From contig CM097885.1 in NCBI GenBank assembly GCA_044892525.1, positions 14,200,001-14,264,000 of the forward strand: a DNA stretch of 64,000 bases, written 5' to 3'. The first letter of the stretch is position 1; every line of letters begins with the position of its first letter. The notes beneath the pieces are model-generated. The model saw only the letters and a program-made list of their open reading frames with translations. It made no database searches and was not told where the DNA came from. Of the stretch, positions 24,624 to 35,037 are shown piece by piece. Both the position numbers and the translations under genes were made by a program. Origin of the DNA: Schmidtea polychroa. Lineage: Eukaryota.

Positions 24624-25096
24624 ATGGCTAACCGAAACAATATTTTGTCAACTGGTAATTTTATTATATTTATTTTATTTTATTTTATTTTAGATGTTTT
24701 CGATTGGTATGAAGTGACGGAGAACGATTCTATCTTAAATGTGGATAATATATTCGGTAAATTTAATATTTTAATTTTTATTAAATTAATTTTCTGTAGA
24801 ACCCATCGTTAGTATCGAGAATGGCTGCAATGATGATATTTTTATGGATTCACCATCGAGTAAATTTATTTTATTAAATTAATAAATTTAAAGAATGATC
24901 TAGGTGATTGTCAAATAATTGAAGATAATAATGCCATCGTTAGTATCGAGAATGGCTGCAATGATGATATTTTTATGGATTCACCATCGAGTAAATTTAT
25001 TTTATTAAATTAATAATTTAAAGAATGATTTAGGTGATTGTCAAATAATTGAAATTTCTGGAACGGCTGAAATAAATGAAATGGTGGAATCATTAA
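24624..25096 (+). CDS. micro-exon gene encoding an acidic protein, truncated by Polinton B
   Basis: Exons 24624-24654, 24694-24756, 24800-24859, 24904-24990 and 25034-25096. All introns are GT-AG, 39-44 nt and phase 1; the spliced frame is open. Confidence 0.7.
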
Positions 25097-25769
25097 GTAA
25101 ATTTAATTTATTTTAAGTAGTGTGGTTATATACCCAACCAAAACAGCCCTCCCAACAAAACATGCCTCCAAATCACTTAAGCTATTAGAAAAACAACCTA
25201 AAACTTATACTTTTATAGTATTTTAACCCTATATTTTGAAAACAACCACCCTTAATGACTCTAACTGTTTTAATCTTTAAAGCCTCAAACTCAAAAGCTT
25301 CAAACTAAAAACATAAAGAGAATAGAAAAGAAAATGGTATTATGAAAAAGTAAGAAGGCTACTTGAGGATGCCAACTAGCAAGTTGCTAATTGGCTAATT
25401 AAAAAAAATAAATGAAATCTTAATCTTGATGTCTTGAAGAATAAAAAATTTTATGAAAATAGTAAAACTGCTCTGAGAGGACAGTGGTATTTTTTTTTTC
25501 ACTGTCCTCTCAACAGTTTTTTTGATCCGGATCATTTTTTTTTTATTCAACCTCTTTCGTTTATCAAATCTCTTCCAATATACAAGCTGGCCAGGCTCAT
25601 AATCAGAATCAATTCGATAATAGCAGCACACCTTATTATTCGCTTCTCGCTCGAATACGATTTCATCGGCGTTTTAAGTGTGCTGCTCGAAAGTACAAAT
25701 GAATTCGAAAGTGAATTCGAAAGAGGTCCGAAAATAACTGAGAAATAAATGTGCACATTAAAGAATCGA

Positions 25770-25845
25770 TCCGGGGGTGTTCGAAAGACAGGTGGCGATA
25801 ATTACCGGTTCGCCACCATCACCCGTTTCAATATTTTTTTTTTCA
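25770..25845 (+). ncRNA. putative structured small RNA
   Basis: GC-rich nested stems (GGGTG/CACCC and GGTGGCGA/TCGCCACC), a B-box-like GTTCGAAAG, and a following T run. Confidence 0.35.
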
Positions 25846-25999
25846 TATTTATGTTTAAAAAATAATTAATTAATAAAAAAATAAAATAAAATAAAATAAA
25901 TAAAATAAAATATACAAGTACTTTATAAATATAAGATACCCACACTATTTTCAATATTATTTTCAAATTTTTAATATTATTTTATGTTGAAAAAAAACT

Positions 26000-26072
26000 A
26001 ACCTCAGATGTGATTTGAACCACTATCCATTTGAACCACTGTGCCAGTCTATTCCCACTGCGCCATCAAGGT
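26000..26072 (-). ncRNA. tRNA-like Pol III-type gene 3
   Basis: A box TGGCGCAGTGG, B-box-like GGTTCAAATCA, partial acceptor stem ACCTTG/TGAGGT, T8 terminator. Confidence 0.5.
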
Positions 26073-26319
26073 TTGAATTTTTGTCATTTTTTAGACTATA
26101 AATAATCGATTCAAGTTCTTTAACTCTTTCCTGTAATTGTTTCATTTTCTTCAATCTTATATCAGCAACATCTACAGCCTTCATATAAAAATGTCGATAC
26201 TTTTCATTATCTACCATCAACTCTTTGATGTATTCTAATGGTTCTTCTTCTCTTCTTTTCATTCTCTTATGTTTAACTTCATTCAATTCATTTCTCATTC
26301 TTTCTTTTAACTCATCCAT
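26023..26319 (-). CDS. hypothetical coiled-coil protein, 98 aa
   Basis: Charged helical ORF with a TAAAAATG start context. Confidence 0.55.
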   Translation of the reverse strand: MDELKERMRNELNEVKHKRMKRREEEPLEYIKELMVDNEKYRHFYMKAVDVADIRLKKMKQLQERVKELESIIYSLKNDKNSNLDGAVGIDWHSGSNG

Positions 26320-26489
26320 TTTTATAAATATTTTTTTATTGGATATATTAATTTTTGGTAGCTTAAGTTAAAACGTTTTTGATCTTAAATTTCCAAGAGT
26401 TGCCGTTGACCAATCTCATTAAAAATTTGTACAAGTACTAAATCGAGTATGCTGATCAATATTTCGTTAAAAAAAAATTTGAAAAAAAA

Positions 26490-26562
26490 TGACCGAAATG
26501 GGATTTGAACCCATTGGTATTGGCAATGCAGTCGAGTGCTATTACCACTAAGCTATTAGAGC
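26490..26562 (-). ncRNA. tRNA-like Pol III-type gene 2
   Basis: A box TAGCTTAGTGG, D stem GCT/AGC, perfect T arm ATGGG-TTCAAAT-CCCAT, T8 terminator; no anticodon stem. Confidence 0.6.
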
Positions 26563-26731
26563 TATACTCAATATAAAATAAGTTGTTAATGTGTGACTAT
26601 TTATTGATGAAATTAATAATTAATTATTCATTTTCTCGACAACTACCACTCAGATCCATTTGAAAATTTAAATATATACTAAAATCAGTACGCTGAATCA
26701 GATTCCGTTGAAAAAAAATATCGAAAACAAT

Positions 26732-26805
26732 TGACCAAAATCGAAAATTGAACCCGGTACTCCCGGTGATAAATTTGAAGCCTATTCCCACTCCGCTATA
26801 ACGGC
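26732..26805 (-). ncRNA. tRNA-like Pol III-type gene 1
   Basis: A box TAGCGGAGTGG, degenerate B box GGTTCAATTTT, ends TTGGTCA like gene 2, with T4 and T8 runs downstream. Confidence 0.45.
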
Positions 26806-26861
26806 TTACATAATATATTTAATTAATCCTATTGTGTGTGTGTAAATTTTAATATATAAAA

Positions 26862-28154
26862 ATGAATAATATAAATCTTAAAATTCAAGAAAAAAATAAA
26901 TTAAATCTTGATTATAATAAAGAATTTACTCATGAAATCAAGAAAAATGATGTACTTAAAATATCCCCTACGTCAGGATCGATTGCAAACTTAAATCGTA
27001 GGGGTGATATAGTTTTTCAATCTCTTCAAACATCAAACCCTATAGATATTTGTAATGCCAAATTATATTATAAAATCGAATTAGAAATTGAAGCAAACAA
27101 AGATATAACCCTAGAAAATAATTTCTTTCCAAATTTATTCTCCAACATGAGATTAAAACTAGGATCATCAGAAATTGAAACTGTTTTGCATCCGGGAGTA
27201 TATTCTACAATGTTAAATTTTATTTTGACTGGTTGTGATTATAAAAACGAATATGGTGAATTAACAGGTTGGATTCCTGATGTTAATAAAGGGGATTTAG
27301 ATAAAGATGGTTTAGATGTAAACCATGGTTACCATAAAAGAGCTGAACTTTATAAATCTAAAAAATTTGAAGGTTATTTTGAATTAAAACACTTGTTTGG
27401 ATTCCTTCAAAACTATAATCGTATACTTCATAATGTTTTTATAGAATTCATCTGTAATAGAGTAGAAGGTGATAAAAGATTGTTCTATGGAGCTGTAGAT
27501 ACAAAAGCTAAATTAAAATTATCAACACTTGAATTACATATACCTGAATGGACATTAAACCCACATTCTGAGATTAAACTCCTTGAAAGATTAAATTCCA
27601 ACAAGTCTATAAATGTAAATTATTTAAATAGAATCTGTAGTGAATTTAGTATGACAGAGGGTTCAACATATTCTATAAAGGTAGCAAATTTAGCATACCG
27701 ACCAAGATATATCTTGATTGGATTCAAAGAAGTAGATTCATCTTTCCAAAAAAATAACAACTTGTTTATTCAAAAGATTGGAGTTGATAATTTAAAAACA
27801 ATCCAAATTCAATTAAATAGTTCTTATTATCCAATAAATAGAATGGAATTTAATATTGAAAATAATGAAAACATATTCCCATATCTAAATTATATTGAAA
27901 CATGTTATGATTTCAAAGTTGAACCGCAATTAAGTTTAGAAGATTTCAAAAATTTATATTCTATATTTTGTATGAATGTATCAGACCAAGATGATCGCCT
28001 AGCCATAAATAATGTTGATGTTACACTTCATGTAACAAAGGATTCTAATTTTAAAGCTAAAGTATATACATTAATATTAGAAGAAAAGAAAATAGAAATG
28101 AAATTATATGGTGGAAAGATTTCAATAATCGAAAATGTTAGGGGAGATTCTTGA
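26862..28154 (+). CDS. major capsid protein, Polinton B
   Basis: 430 aa; LENNFFPNLFS..LGSSEIE, LKHLFGF, RPRYILIGF and QLNSSYYP resemble the second Polinton MCP group. Confidence 0.8.
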   Translation: MNNINLKIQEKNKLNLDYNKEFTHEIKKNDVLKISPTSGSIANLNRRGDIVFQSLQTSNPIDICNAKLYYKIELEIEANKDITLENNFFPNLFSNMRLKLGSSEIETVLHPGVYSTMLNFILTGCDYKNEYGELTGWIPDVNKGDLDKDGLDVNHGYHKRAELYKSKKFEGYFELKHLFGFLQNYNRILHNVFIEFICNRVEGDKRLFYGAVDTKAKLKLSTLELHIPEWTLNPHSEIKLLERLNSNKSINVNYLNRICSEFSMTEGSTYSIKVANLAYRPRYILIGFKEVDSSFQKNNNLFIQKIGVDNLKTIQIQLNSSYYPINRMEFNIENNENIFPYLNYIETCYDFKVEPQLSLEDFKNLYSIFCMNVSDQDDRLAINNVDVTLHVTKDSNFKAKVYTLILEEKKIEMKLYGGKISIIENVRGDS

Positions 28155-28183
28155 TATAATCCCTGATATTTTAACATTTTAAA

Positions 28184-29608
28184 ATGTCTCTAAATAAATA
28201 TTGGAGATGTGAAAGTTGTAATTGTCAAGTTACAAGACATCATAAAGCAAGTCATTTAAAAACTAAAAAACATACAGGAGGTGATCTAATTCCACGAGCT
28301 GGAGGCGATTTGCAATCTTCAAAAACAACATCTTCAATATTAAAACCTTTTACTACAGAAAAATATCCAGGTGAAAGACATTTATTTAAACACAACTATA
28401 CTGGACCAGGAACACGTCTAGATATTAGATTAGATGAAAATAATAATCCCAAACAAGGAGAAGAACCAATAAATAGAATTGATCAAGCAGCTTTAAAACA
28501 TGACATTGCATACAATTCAACAAATCTTAGAGATAGACATGTTGCAGATGTGAATTTAATACATGATTTAAATAGTATCCAAAATCCATCAACCCAAGAA
28601 AAGATTCAAAGAGCTCTAGTTAAATTAGCAATGAAAGGTAAGATTTTCATAGGCTTAGGACACAGTCCGATCACCATGGGTGCAAGACTTCCTAGGAAAG
28701 CAAAAGATGTTGCTTATAAAAAGATTATCGAACAAGCAGACATTGAAAGATCCCTTGAGAATATATCCAAGACTAGTTTACAAACCCCAACAGAATCAGA
28801 AATAAAATATGCAAAGGAATTACACCATGAATTTAGAAAAAATAAAAAATATTTAAAAGTTCAAGTACATGAAAAAGATCAAACATGGTCTGCAGATTTA
28901 GTCTTTATGCCCAAATCATCAGACCCTGAAAAATATAAAATAATTTTAACTGTAATAGATTTATATACAAGATTTGCTTTTGCAAGGTGTTTAGAAAATA
29001 AAACAGGATATTCTATTACAGAAGCATTTGAAAATATATTTGAAGAAAATCAAAGAATCCCAAAATATTTATGGTGTGATAAAGGAACAGAATTTTATAA
29101 CAAAGTTTTTACAAAGTTTTTAAATAAAAATGATATTAAATTATATTCAACAGAAAACGAAGGAAAAGCAGTCGTAGTTGAAAGATTAAATAGAACATTA
29201 AAAAATAAAATGTGGAAATATTTTACTGCTATTGGAAAACAAAAATGGAACAATGAATTGTTACAAAAGATTGTAAATGAATATAATAATGATGTACATA
29301 GTTCTATAAAATTAACACCTTTAAATGCTTCCATGAAGCCTGAAACCATTAAAGTGGTAAATATTGAAAATGATGTTATTGAAAAACCAAAGTTTAAAAT
29401 TGGTGACCGAGTAAGAATATTTAAATATAAAAATAAATTTGAAAAAGGATTCACAGCAAAATGGACAAATGAAATTTTTATTATAAATAAAATACATTAT
29501 ACAACTCCAATAACATATACCATCTTTGATTTAAATAATGAAAAAATATTAGGTAGATTTTATAATAATGAACTACAGAAAACAGATTTTTTAGTCGACA
29601 AGCCCTAA
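28184..29608 (+). CDS. zinc finger, parvovirus-type PLA2 and retroviral-like integrase fusion, 474 aa
   Basis: CESC..HLKTKKH zinc finger; YTGPG and DQAALKHDIAY PLA2 motifs; WSAD, WCDKGTEF and VERLNRTLK DDE motifs. Confidence 0.92.
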   Translation: MSLNKYWRCESCNCQVTRHHKASHLKTKKHTGGDLIPRAGGDLQSSKTTSSILKPFTTEKYPGERHLFKHNYTGPGTRLDIRLDENNNPKQGEEPINRIDQAALKHDIAYNSTNLRDRHVADVNLIHDLNSIQNPSTQEKIQRALVKLAMKGKIFIGLGHSPITMGARLPRKAKDVAYKKIIEQADIERSLENISKTSLQTPTESEIKYAKELHHEFRKNKKYLKVQVHEKDQTWSADLVFMPKSSDPEKYKIILTVIDLYTRFAFARCLENKTGYSITEAFENIFEENQRIPKYLWCDKGTEFYNKVFTKFLNKNDIKLYSTENEGKAVVVERLNRTLKNKMWKYFTAIGKQKWNNELLQKIVNEYNNDVHSSIKLTPLNASMKPETIKVVNIENDVIEKPKFKIGDRVRIFKYKNKFEKGFTAKWTNEIFIINKIHYTTPITYTIFDLNNEKILGRFYNNELQKTDFLVDKP

Positions 29609-30396
29609 AACAAACTTTTCCATATTTCAGCTTCTTCTCTATCCAAATAAATATAATTATATTTTTCTTTCCAATGATTATCAACAAACATATCAAACAT
29701 ATTCTTATCAGGTTCAACATTTGAAAATAAATCATTATAAATCATATTCTTATCACGGCGATCTAATTTAAAAAATATAAAACAATTGGAATTATTTCTT
29801 ATTGAATTTTTATCTAAAGCATAATATGTTTGAGATATATAAATAACATTACAATTATTATGTCGACCTCGTGTAAAGTAACTCTTTTGAATCTCTTGAT
29901 TTTTCATGTTGACAACATCATCAAATATAACTAGATTCTTTTTATCTTTAGGAAGTAAATCACAATGTAAAACATCTTCAGGTTTATTAGAGAATAAAAC
30001 TTGAATTGCCTCCTGCCCTTCTTCACAAATATAATCATTTTTATTACTAATATCTGATTCTAAAATCTTTTCCTTATACCAATCAACCATATCACAAGGT
30101 TGAAAAACTTCTTCAGGACACCTATGTTGATTTTTAAAAATATCAATTATTGCTTTTTTAGTTAATTTATTTTCAAATCCACATTTCAAAAGTTGTAATT
30201 CTGGTTGATTTATGGTTGTAGAATAAAAGATTAAATTATTATAATCTAAAAAATCATCTTCAAGTAACATTCTCAAAACAAGTACATTCTTTCCACATCC
30301 AGAAGAACCAACAATTAATAATCTAAAATTATCAGGAAATACTTTATTATTAAATTTACTCTTATGTCTATTTAAAATTGGTTTCCAAATATCCAT
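29605..30396 (-). CDS. A32-like packaging ATPase, Polinton B
   Basis: GSSGCGKN (Walker A with Thr replaced by Asn), LVIFDD, FTRGRHNN, ISQ and IRNN motifs; ATG at 30396. Confidence 0.88.
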   Translation of the reverse strand: MDIWKPILNRHKSKFNNKVFPDNFRLLIVGSSGCGKNVLVLRMLLEDDFLDYNNLIFYSTTINQPELQLLKCGFENKLTKKAIIDIFKNQHRCPEEVFQPCDMVDWYKEKILESDISNKNDYICEEGQEAIQVLFSNKPEDVLHCDLLPKDKKNLVIFDDVVNMKNQEIQKSYFTRGRHNNCNVIYISQTYYALDKNSIRNNSNCFIFFKLDRRDKNMIYNDLFSNVEPDKNMFDMFVDNHWKEKYNYIYLDREEAEIWKSLF

Positions 30397-30411
30397 TTTG
30401 TTTATTATAAA

Positions 30412-30990
30412 ATGACAACTGAAGAATCTTTGCAAGAATTAATAAATTCAAATAAAAATAAATCAGTAGTAATTGATGGTAAAAAATATTTTATTGGAAA
30501 ACATGTAAAAGAACAAGTTAGAGCCAAGCTCCACGAAGCTAAAGAAGGTGGCATTCTTCCATTAGCTGCTTTAATACCTGCAATCATTGCTGGTTTATCA
30601 GGTGCTGCTGGAATAGCTGGAGGAATTGCAACTACAGTTCAAAAAGCTAAAGAATCTCAAAAGACAGACCTAGAAAAAGAAAAACTACAAACTGAAATCG
30701 ATTCAATGAAGAAGGTAGGGCAAGCTAAAGGGGGAGTGTCCGTTGGAAAGGGTCTCTATCTTAATCCATATGAGGGGAGTCGGCAAAAGTCTCAGGGCAA
30801 AGGTCTCTATCTTGATCCTTATAAAGGTAGAGGTTTAAATGATTTTTTAAAAAATCAAATTTCTACATCTGAATCTTTATCTTCAAAAGATAAAGAAGAT
30901 TTAAAAAAAATATGTAAATCTTTAAAGAATGGATGCCTTTGTAAAACTAAAAATGGTAAAGGATTATACTTGAAGCCCTTCGAACTATGA
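30412..30990 (+). CDS. virion core / membrane-active precursor protein
   Basis: EGG|ILPLAALIPAIIAGLSGAAGIAGG and three GKGLYLxP repeats. Confidence 0.75.
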   Translation: MTTEESLQELINSNKNKSVVIDGKKYFIGKHVKEQVRAKLHEAKEGGILPLAALIPAIIAGLSGAAGIAGGIATTVQKAKESQKTDLEKEKLQTEIDSMKKVGQAKGGVSVGKGLYLNPYEGSRQKSQGKGLYLDPYKGRGLNDFLKNQISTSESLSSKDKEDLKKICKSLKNGCLCKTKNGKGLYLKPFEL

Positions 30991-31012
30991 TACCATTTTT
31001 GATACCATTAAA

Positions 31013-31705
31013 ATGGTATATGAAGAAAGATTAGCACTTTTAAAAAAATTACAATCAGAACAAGATAAATATAATAAAAAAGATACAACTCAACATGCTG
31101 AATCTATAATATTAAATGAGGTAATAACACAACAACAGGGGCCAACAATTAAAGCTATAAAAGAGTTGGAAGATTTCAATGAGCAAGCAAAATTTAAAGA
31201 GTTAGAAGATAAAAAACAAAAAATAAAAGAACTAGAGTGGCAGGATAAAGAAAAAGAATCCAGTGAAAACCATTCTGAAAGTCATTCTGAAAGAAATCAA
31301 AGAAAACGCAGAAGAATTTCTAATGTGGAAGAAGAAGAAATGTTTTTAAAAACAAAAGCTCTTAAAGTTGATCCTAAAATTAGAGATGATTTACCTCCTT
31401 CAATTAGACCCACATTTAATACTAATACTGAAGGATATCAAATAATAACAATTAATAAACAAAACTTTACTTTATATTCAAATTCAGAAAATAAATCACG
31501 TATTCATTCACAAAATGTTTATAATAATGAATATTTAGACTTTGAATTTACAGATGATTTTTATAGATTACTTTGTGGATATTCTTCAGATGATGTTGAA
31601 GAAATTAAAAAATATTTAAATTTAATAAAATTAATAAGAGCTAGTTCTAAAGCAAAATATATTCAAGATTTAAAGAATTATTTAAATAAAAATGAAAAGG
31701 GTTAG
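31013..31705 (+). CDS. hypothetical Polinton protein, probably truncated by element C
   Basis: 230 aa ORF whose TAG stop is completed by the AG of the terminus at 31704. Confidence 0.65.
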   Translation: MVYEERLALLKKLQSEQDKYNKKDTTQHAESIILNEVITQQQGPTIKAIKELEDFNEQAKFKELEDKKQKIKELEWQDKEKESSENHSESHSERNQRKRRRISNVEEEEMFLKTKALKVDPKIRDDLPPSIRPTFNTNTEGYQIITINKQNFTLYSNSENKSRIHSQNVYNNEYLDFEFTDDFYRLLCGYSSDDVEEIKKYLNLIKLIRASSKAKYIQDLKNYLNKNEKG

Positions 31706-32049
31706 TAGGTAGTTAGTGGCCTACGGCAGCAATAGGGGGGGGGGGGGGGTAAAAATGTTGCAAACTTTTGATTGCATAACTTTTTCCGTAGACATTTTTT
31801 GATTACATAATTGTTGCTGTAATGCCCAATGTTTTCTGGGATTTTAAATACAAAATTTTTTTTTTTTTTTTTCAATAAACAAGCCAAGGATAAATATTAT
31901 TTGGGTGGGTCTCCTTGGTCCTGAGAATTTCAATAGAAAAAGGTAGTCTTCAATAAAAAAGCATGGATTTTTCACACTATAGTGAGGGGATCTTCTTGGT
32001 CATGAGAATTTCAATAGAAAAGGTGGTTTACATTAAAAAACGCATAGTA

Positions 32050-32650
32050 AATTTTTAAAATAAAGCAAATTATGGTCCTAAAAAATTAAATTAAAGTAAA
32101 TGATGGGTCTAAAAATTTAAGTAAATCAAGGTTCAGATTTATTTTTGAAATAAAGTAAATTATGGTCTAAATAAGTAAATTATGGGCTAAGATTTTTCAA
32201 TTAAAGTAAATAATGGTTCTAAAAAATTAAATTACAGTAAATTATGGTCCAAATTTTTAAATTAAAGTAAATTATGGTTCTTAAAAATTAAATTAAAGTA
32301 AATTATGGTCAAAATTTTTGAATTACAGTCCAAAAATTTAAATTAAAGTAAATTATGATCCAAATTTTTAAATTAAAGTAAATTAAAGTAAATAATGGTT
32401 CTAAAAAATTAAATTAAAGTAAATAATGGTCCTAAAAAATTAAATTACAGTAAATAATGGTCAAAAATTTTAAAATTAAAGTAAATTAAGGTTCTAAAAA
32501 TTAAATTAAAGTTAATTAAGGTCCAAATTTTAAAATTAAATAATCAATGGTAAAAAAAATTTAAATTAAAGTTAAATAAGTAAATTAAAGTAATATTTTT
32601 TAAATAAGTAAATTAAAGTAATGTAATAAGTAAATTAAAGTAAGATTTTA
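32050..32650. repeat. ~31 bp AT-rich minisatellite (AAATTAAAGTAAATTATGGTC core)
   Basis: More than 12 diverged units are visible. Confidence 0.9.
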
Positions 32651-32830
32651 AAATTTATTAACAAAAAGTTGAAGGTGTTTGAGAATTGAAATTTTTTAAT
32701 GGAAATTTTTATGAATTATTTTTTAAGTAATTTTTAATGGAAATTTTTAAGAATAATTTTCAATGATAATTTTAGATGGAAATTTTAATAGAATAATTTT
32801 TAAGATAATTTTTAATGAAAATTTTTATGA

Positions 32831-32892
<62 letters not shown>

Positions 32893-33030
32893 TAATATTA
32901 ATAATATATCAACCAAATACTATACAACACATAAAAAATTAACTAAACACATAAAAATGAACTAGACACATAACAAACATAAAAATTTACCAAATAACAA
33001 ATGTAAAGATATAAAATTTATTCAATAAAA

Positions 33031-33680
33031 TTAGTCCTCATCGGACAAAATAACGTCATCGATATCGATGTCATCTTCTTCATTAAATTCTTCCTCATCT
33101 TCTCCATCATTTTCTCCATCATTTTCTCCAACATTTTCTGAAACATTTTCTGCAACAATTTCTCCAACATTTTCTCCAATATTTAATTCACTTAATCTTA
33201 CATGCCCATATGCAAGACTAGTATTTTTCCCCACCCAAACCCTTTTGTCATCTTTGTTAGTTAGTGCTATTTTTGTGTTTTTAATTGTAAAAATTTGATG
33301 ATTTTTGCTTGTTATTTTAGTCTGAGGAACCGAAAAAATCTGGTTAGTGTTATAACAATCGAGGTATGACTGATGTTTTATGTCACTACCTTTCAATGTT
33401 ACACCTTTAGCCTTTTTTGTTTCATCATCACCCAACAAGCTATAACATTTAGGTCTAAGAAAAACCCACTCCTTATATTTAAGACCTTTATTCTCGTCTT
33501 TGAACTTTCCAATGACTGAATCAAGGTTCTTGCTATATAAGGAATGACAACTATTGTAATTGGAAGTATCCAATAAATTATCTCGAATCATTGCAGGTAA
33601 AAGAACCTCAAGTTTGCAGTTAATGACTTCGAGGAAAAAAGAATCTGTATCACCAGCAACGATATTAATTTTACAATTAA
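33031..33680 (-). CDS. family B (protein-primed type) DNA polymerase, C-terminal part
   Basis: Frame is open to the gap: VAGDTDSFF, IGKFKDE, LRPKCYS, KAKGV and DDKR motifs, with an acidic tail. Confidence 0.92.
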
Positions 33681-34180
33681 NNNNNNNNNNNNNNNNNNNN
33701 NNNNNNNNNNNNNNNNNNNNNNNNNNNNNNNNNNNNNNNNNNNNNNNNNNNNNNNNNNNNNNNNNNNNNNNNNNNNNNNNNNNNNNNNNNNNNNNNNNNN
33801 NNNNNNNNNNNNNNNNNNNNNNNNNNNNNNNNNNNNNNNNNNNNNNNNNNNNNNNNNNNNNNNNNNNNNNNNNNNNNNNNNNNNNNNNNNNNNNNNNNNN
33901 NNNNNNNNNNNNNNNNNNNNNNNNNNNNNNNNNNNNNNNNNNNNNNNNNNNNNNNNNNNNNNNNNNNNNNNNNNNNNNNNNNNNNNNNNNNNNNNNNNNN
34001 NNNNNNNNNNNNNNNNNNNNNNNNNNNNNNNNNNNNNNNNNNNNNNNNNNNNNNNNNNNNNNNNNNNNNNNNNNNNNNNNNNNNNNNNNNNNNNNNNNNN
34101 NNNNNNNNNNNNNNNNNNNNNNNNNNNNNNNNNNNNNNNNNNNNNNNNNNNNNNNNNNNNNNNNNNNNNNNNNNNNNNNN
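33681..34180. other. assembly gap (500 N)
   Basis: Seen directly. Confidence 1.
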
Positions 34181-35037
34181 TAAAATTTGATCTTCGGCAG
34201 CTATTTGTGAGTCATTTAAACGAAAATCCGGAACAACAATACTGATAAAATGTTCGAAAATTGCTTTCACATCTGTTTGGGTAAGTTTACCAAAATTAGA
34301 GATGTCGATTCGATGAGGGTAATCGGTGCTTTCTAGAAACTATAAAATTCTGTTACGAATTCTTTTAATAATGAAATGAATTACTTTGAATAATTTATGC
34401 TTTGCATCTTTCATGAAATTTGGATCTCTTAAAGGTCTCGGGTCTGATTTACTAATAATATTATTGTTAATATAATAATAATAATAATAATACTATAGTT
34501 ACTCTGTATTGCTTCGCCCACCATTTGAATTTGTATTGAGATCCTTTTTAAGAGCTAGTGACCTGATTTAATATTAAATAAAGTAACATTTCATTAATTT
34601 ATTCACTTTTTCATTCGCAAAATTTTCAAATACAATATTATTTAAACAAATAAGATTTCATATAAATTTATATTTAAATTCACAAAATTGATAAATTTTA
34701 TGAATAAATTTTACTTTTTTAACAAACAACGAAATTTATCTTTAAATCCTGAAGATATGAAAAATATAAGATAATAAGACAACCAGGGTGATCCTAACTT
34801 GAAAGAGTACAAGAAAATATTTTGGAACCTGAATTCCTTTAGGTACATCAGAATTAGAAGGTTGTTCAAGTCAAACTTTCAGGTGTTTGGATAGTAATGG
34901 AGTTTCGGTTGGCAAACAACTCAGAATCTGGCGTGTGTGTTGTTTCTACGTCCTAATGTCGCTGATAGATTTGTAACTCTTACTTAAAAGCATTTATGAA
35001 TATTTTACTTTTTATACATTAATATACCCGTCCGAAC

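Larger units (their letters stand above)
25116..31703 (+). mobile_element. Polinton element B (PLA2-integrase, betadintovirus-like), left part
   Basis: AGTAGTG terminus lies inside an intron of element A. It carries a second, dissimilar set of MCP, integrase and ATPase genes. Confidence 0.85.
31704..33680. mobile_element. terminus of Polinton element C, running into the gap
   Basis: AGTAGGTAGTTAGT start, G tract, subterminal tandem repeats, then the 3' end of a polymerase gene facing the terminus. Confidence 0.7.

Noticed and set aside
26490..26562. functional tRNA-Cys (GCA at the anticodon position)
   Set aside because: The anticodon stem does not pair and the acceptor stem has two mismatches; kept only as tRNA-like.
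33560..34270. long ORFs of X residues
   Set aside because: Artefacts of the N gap.
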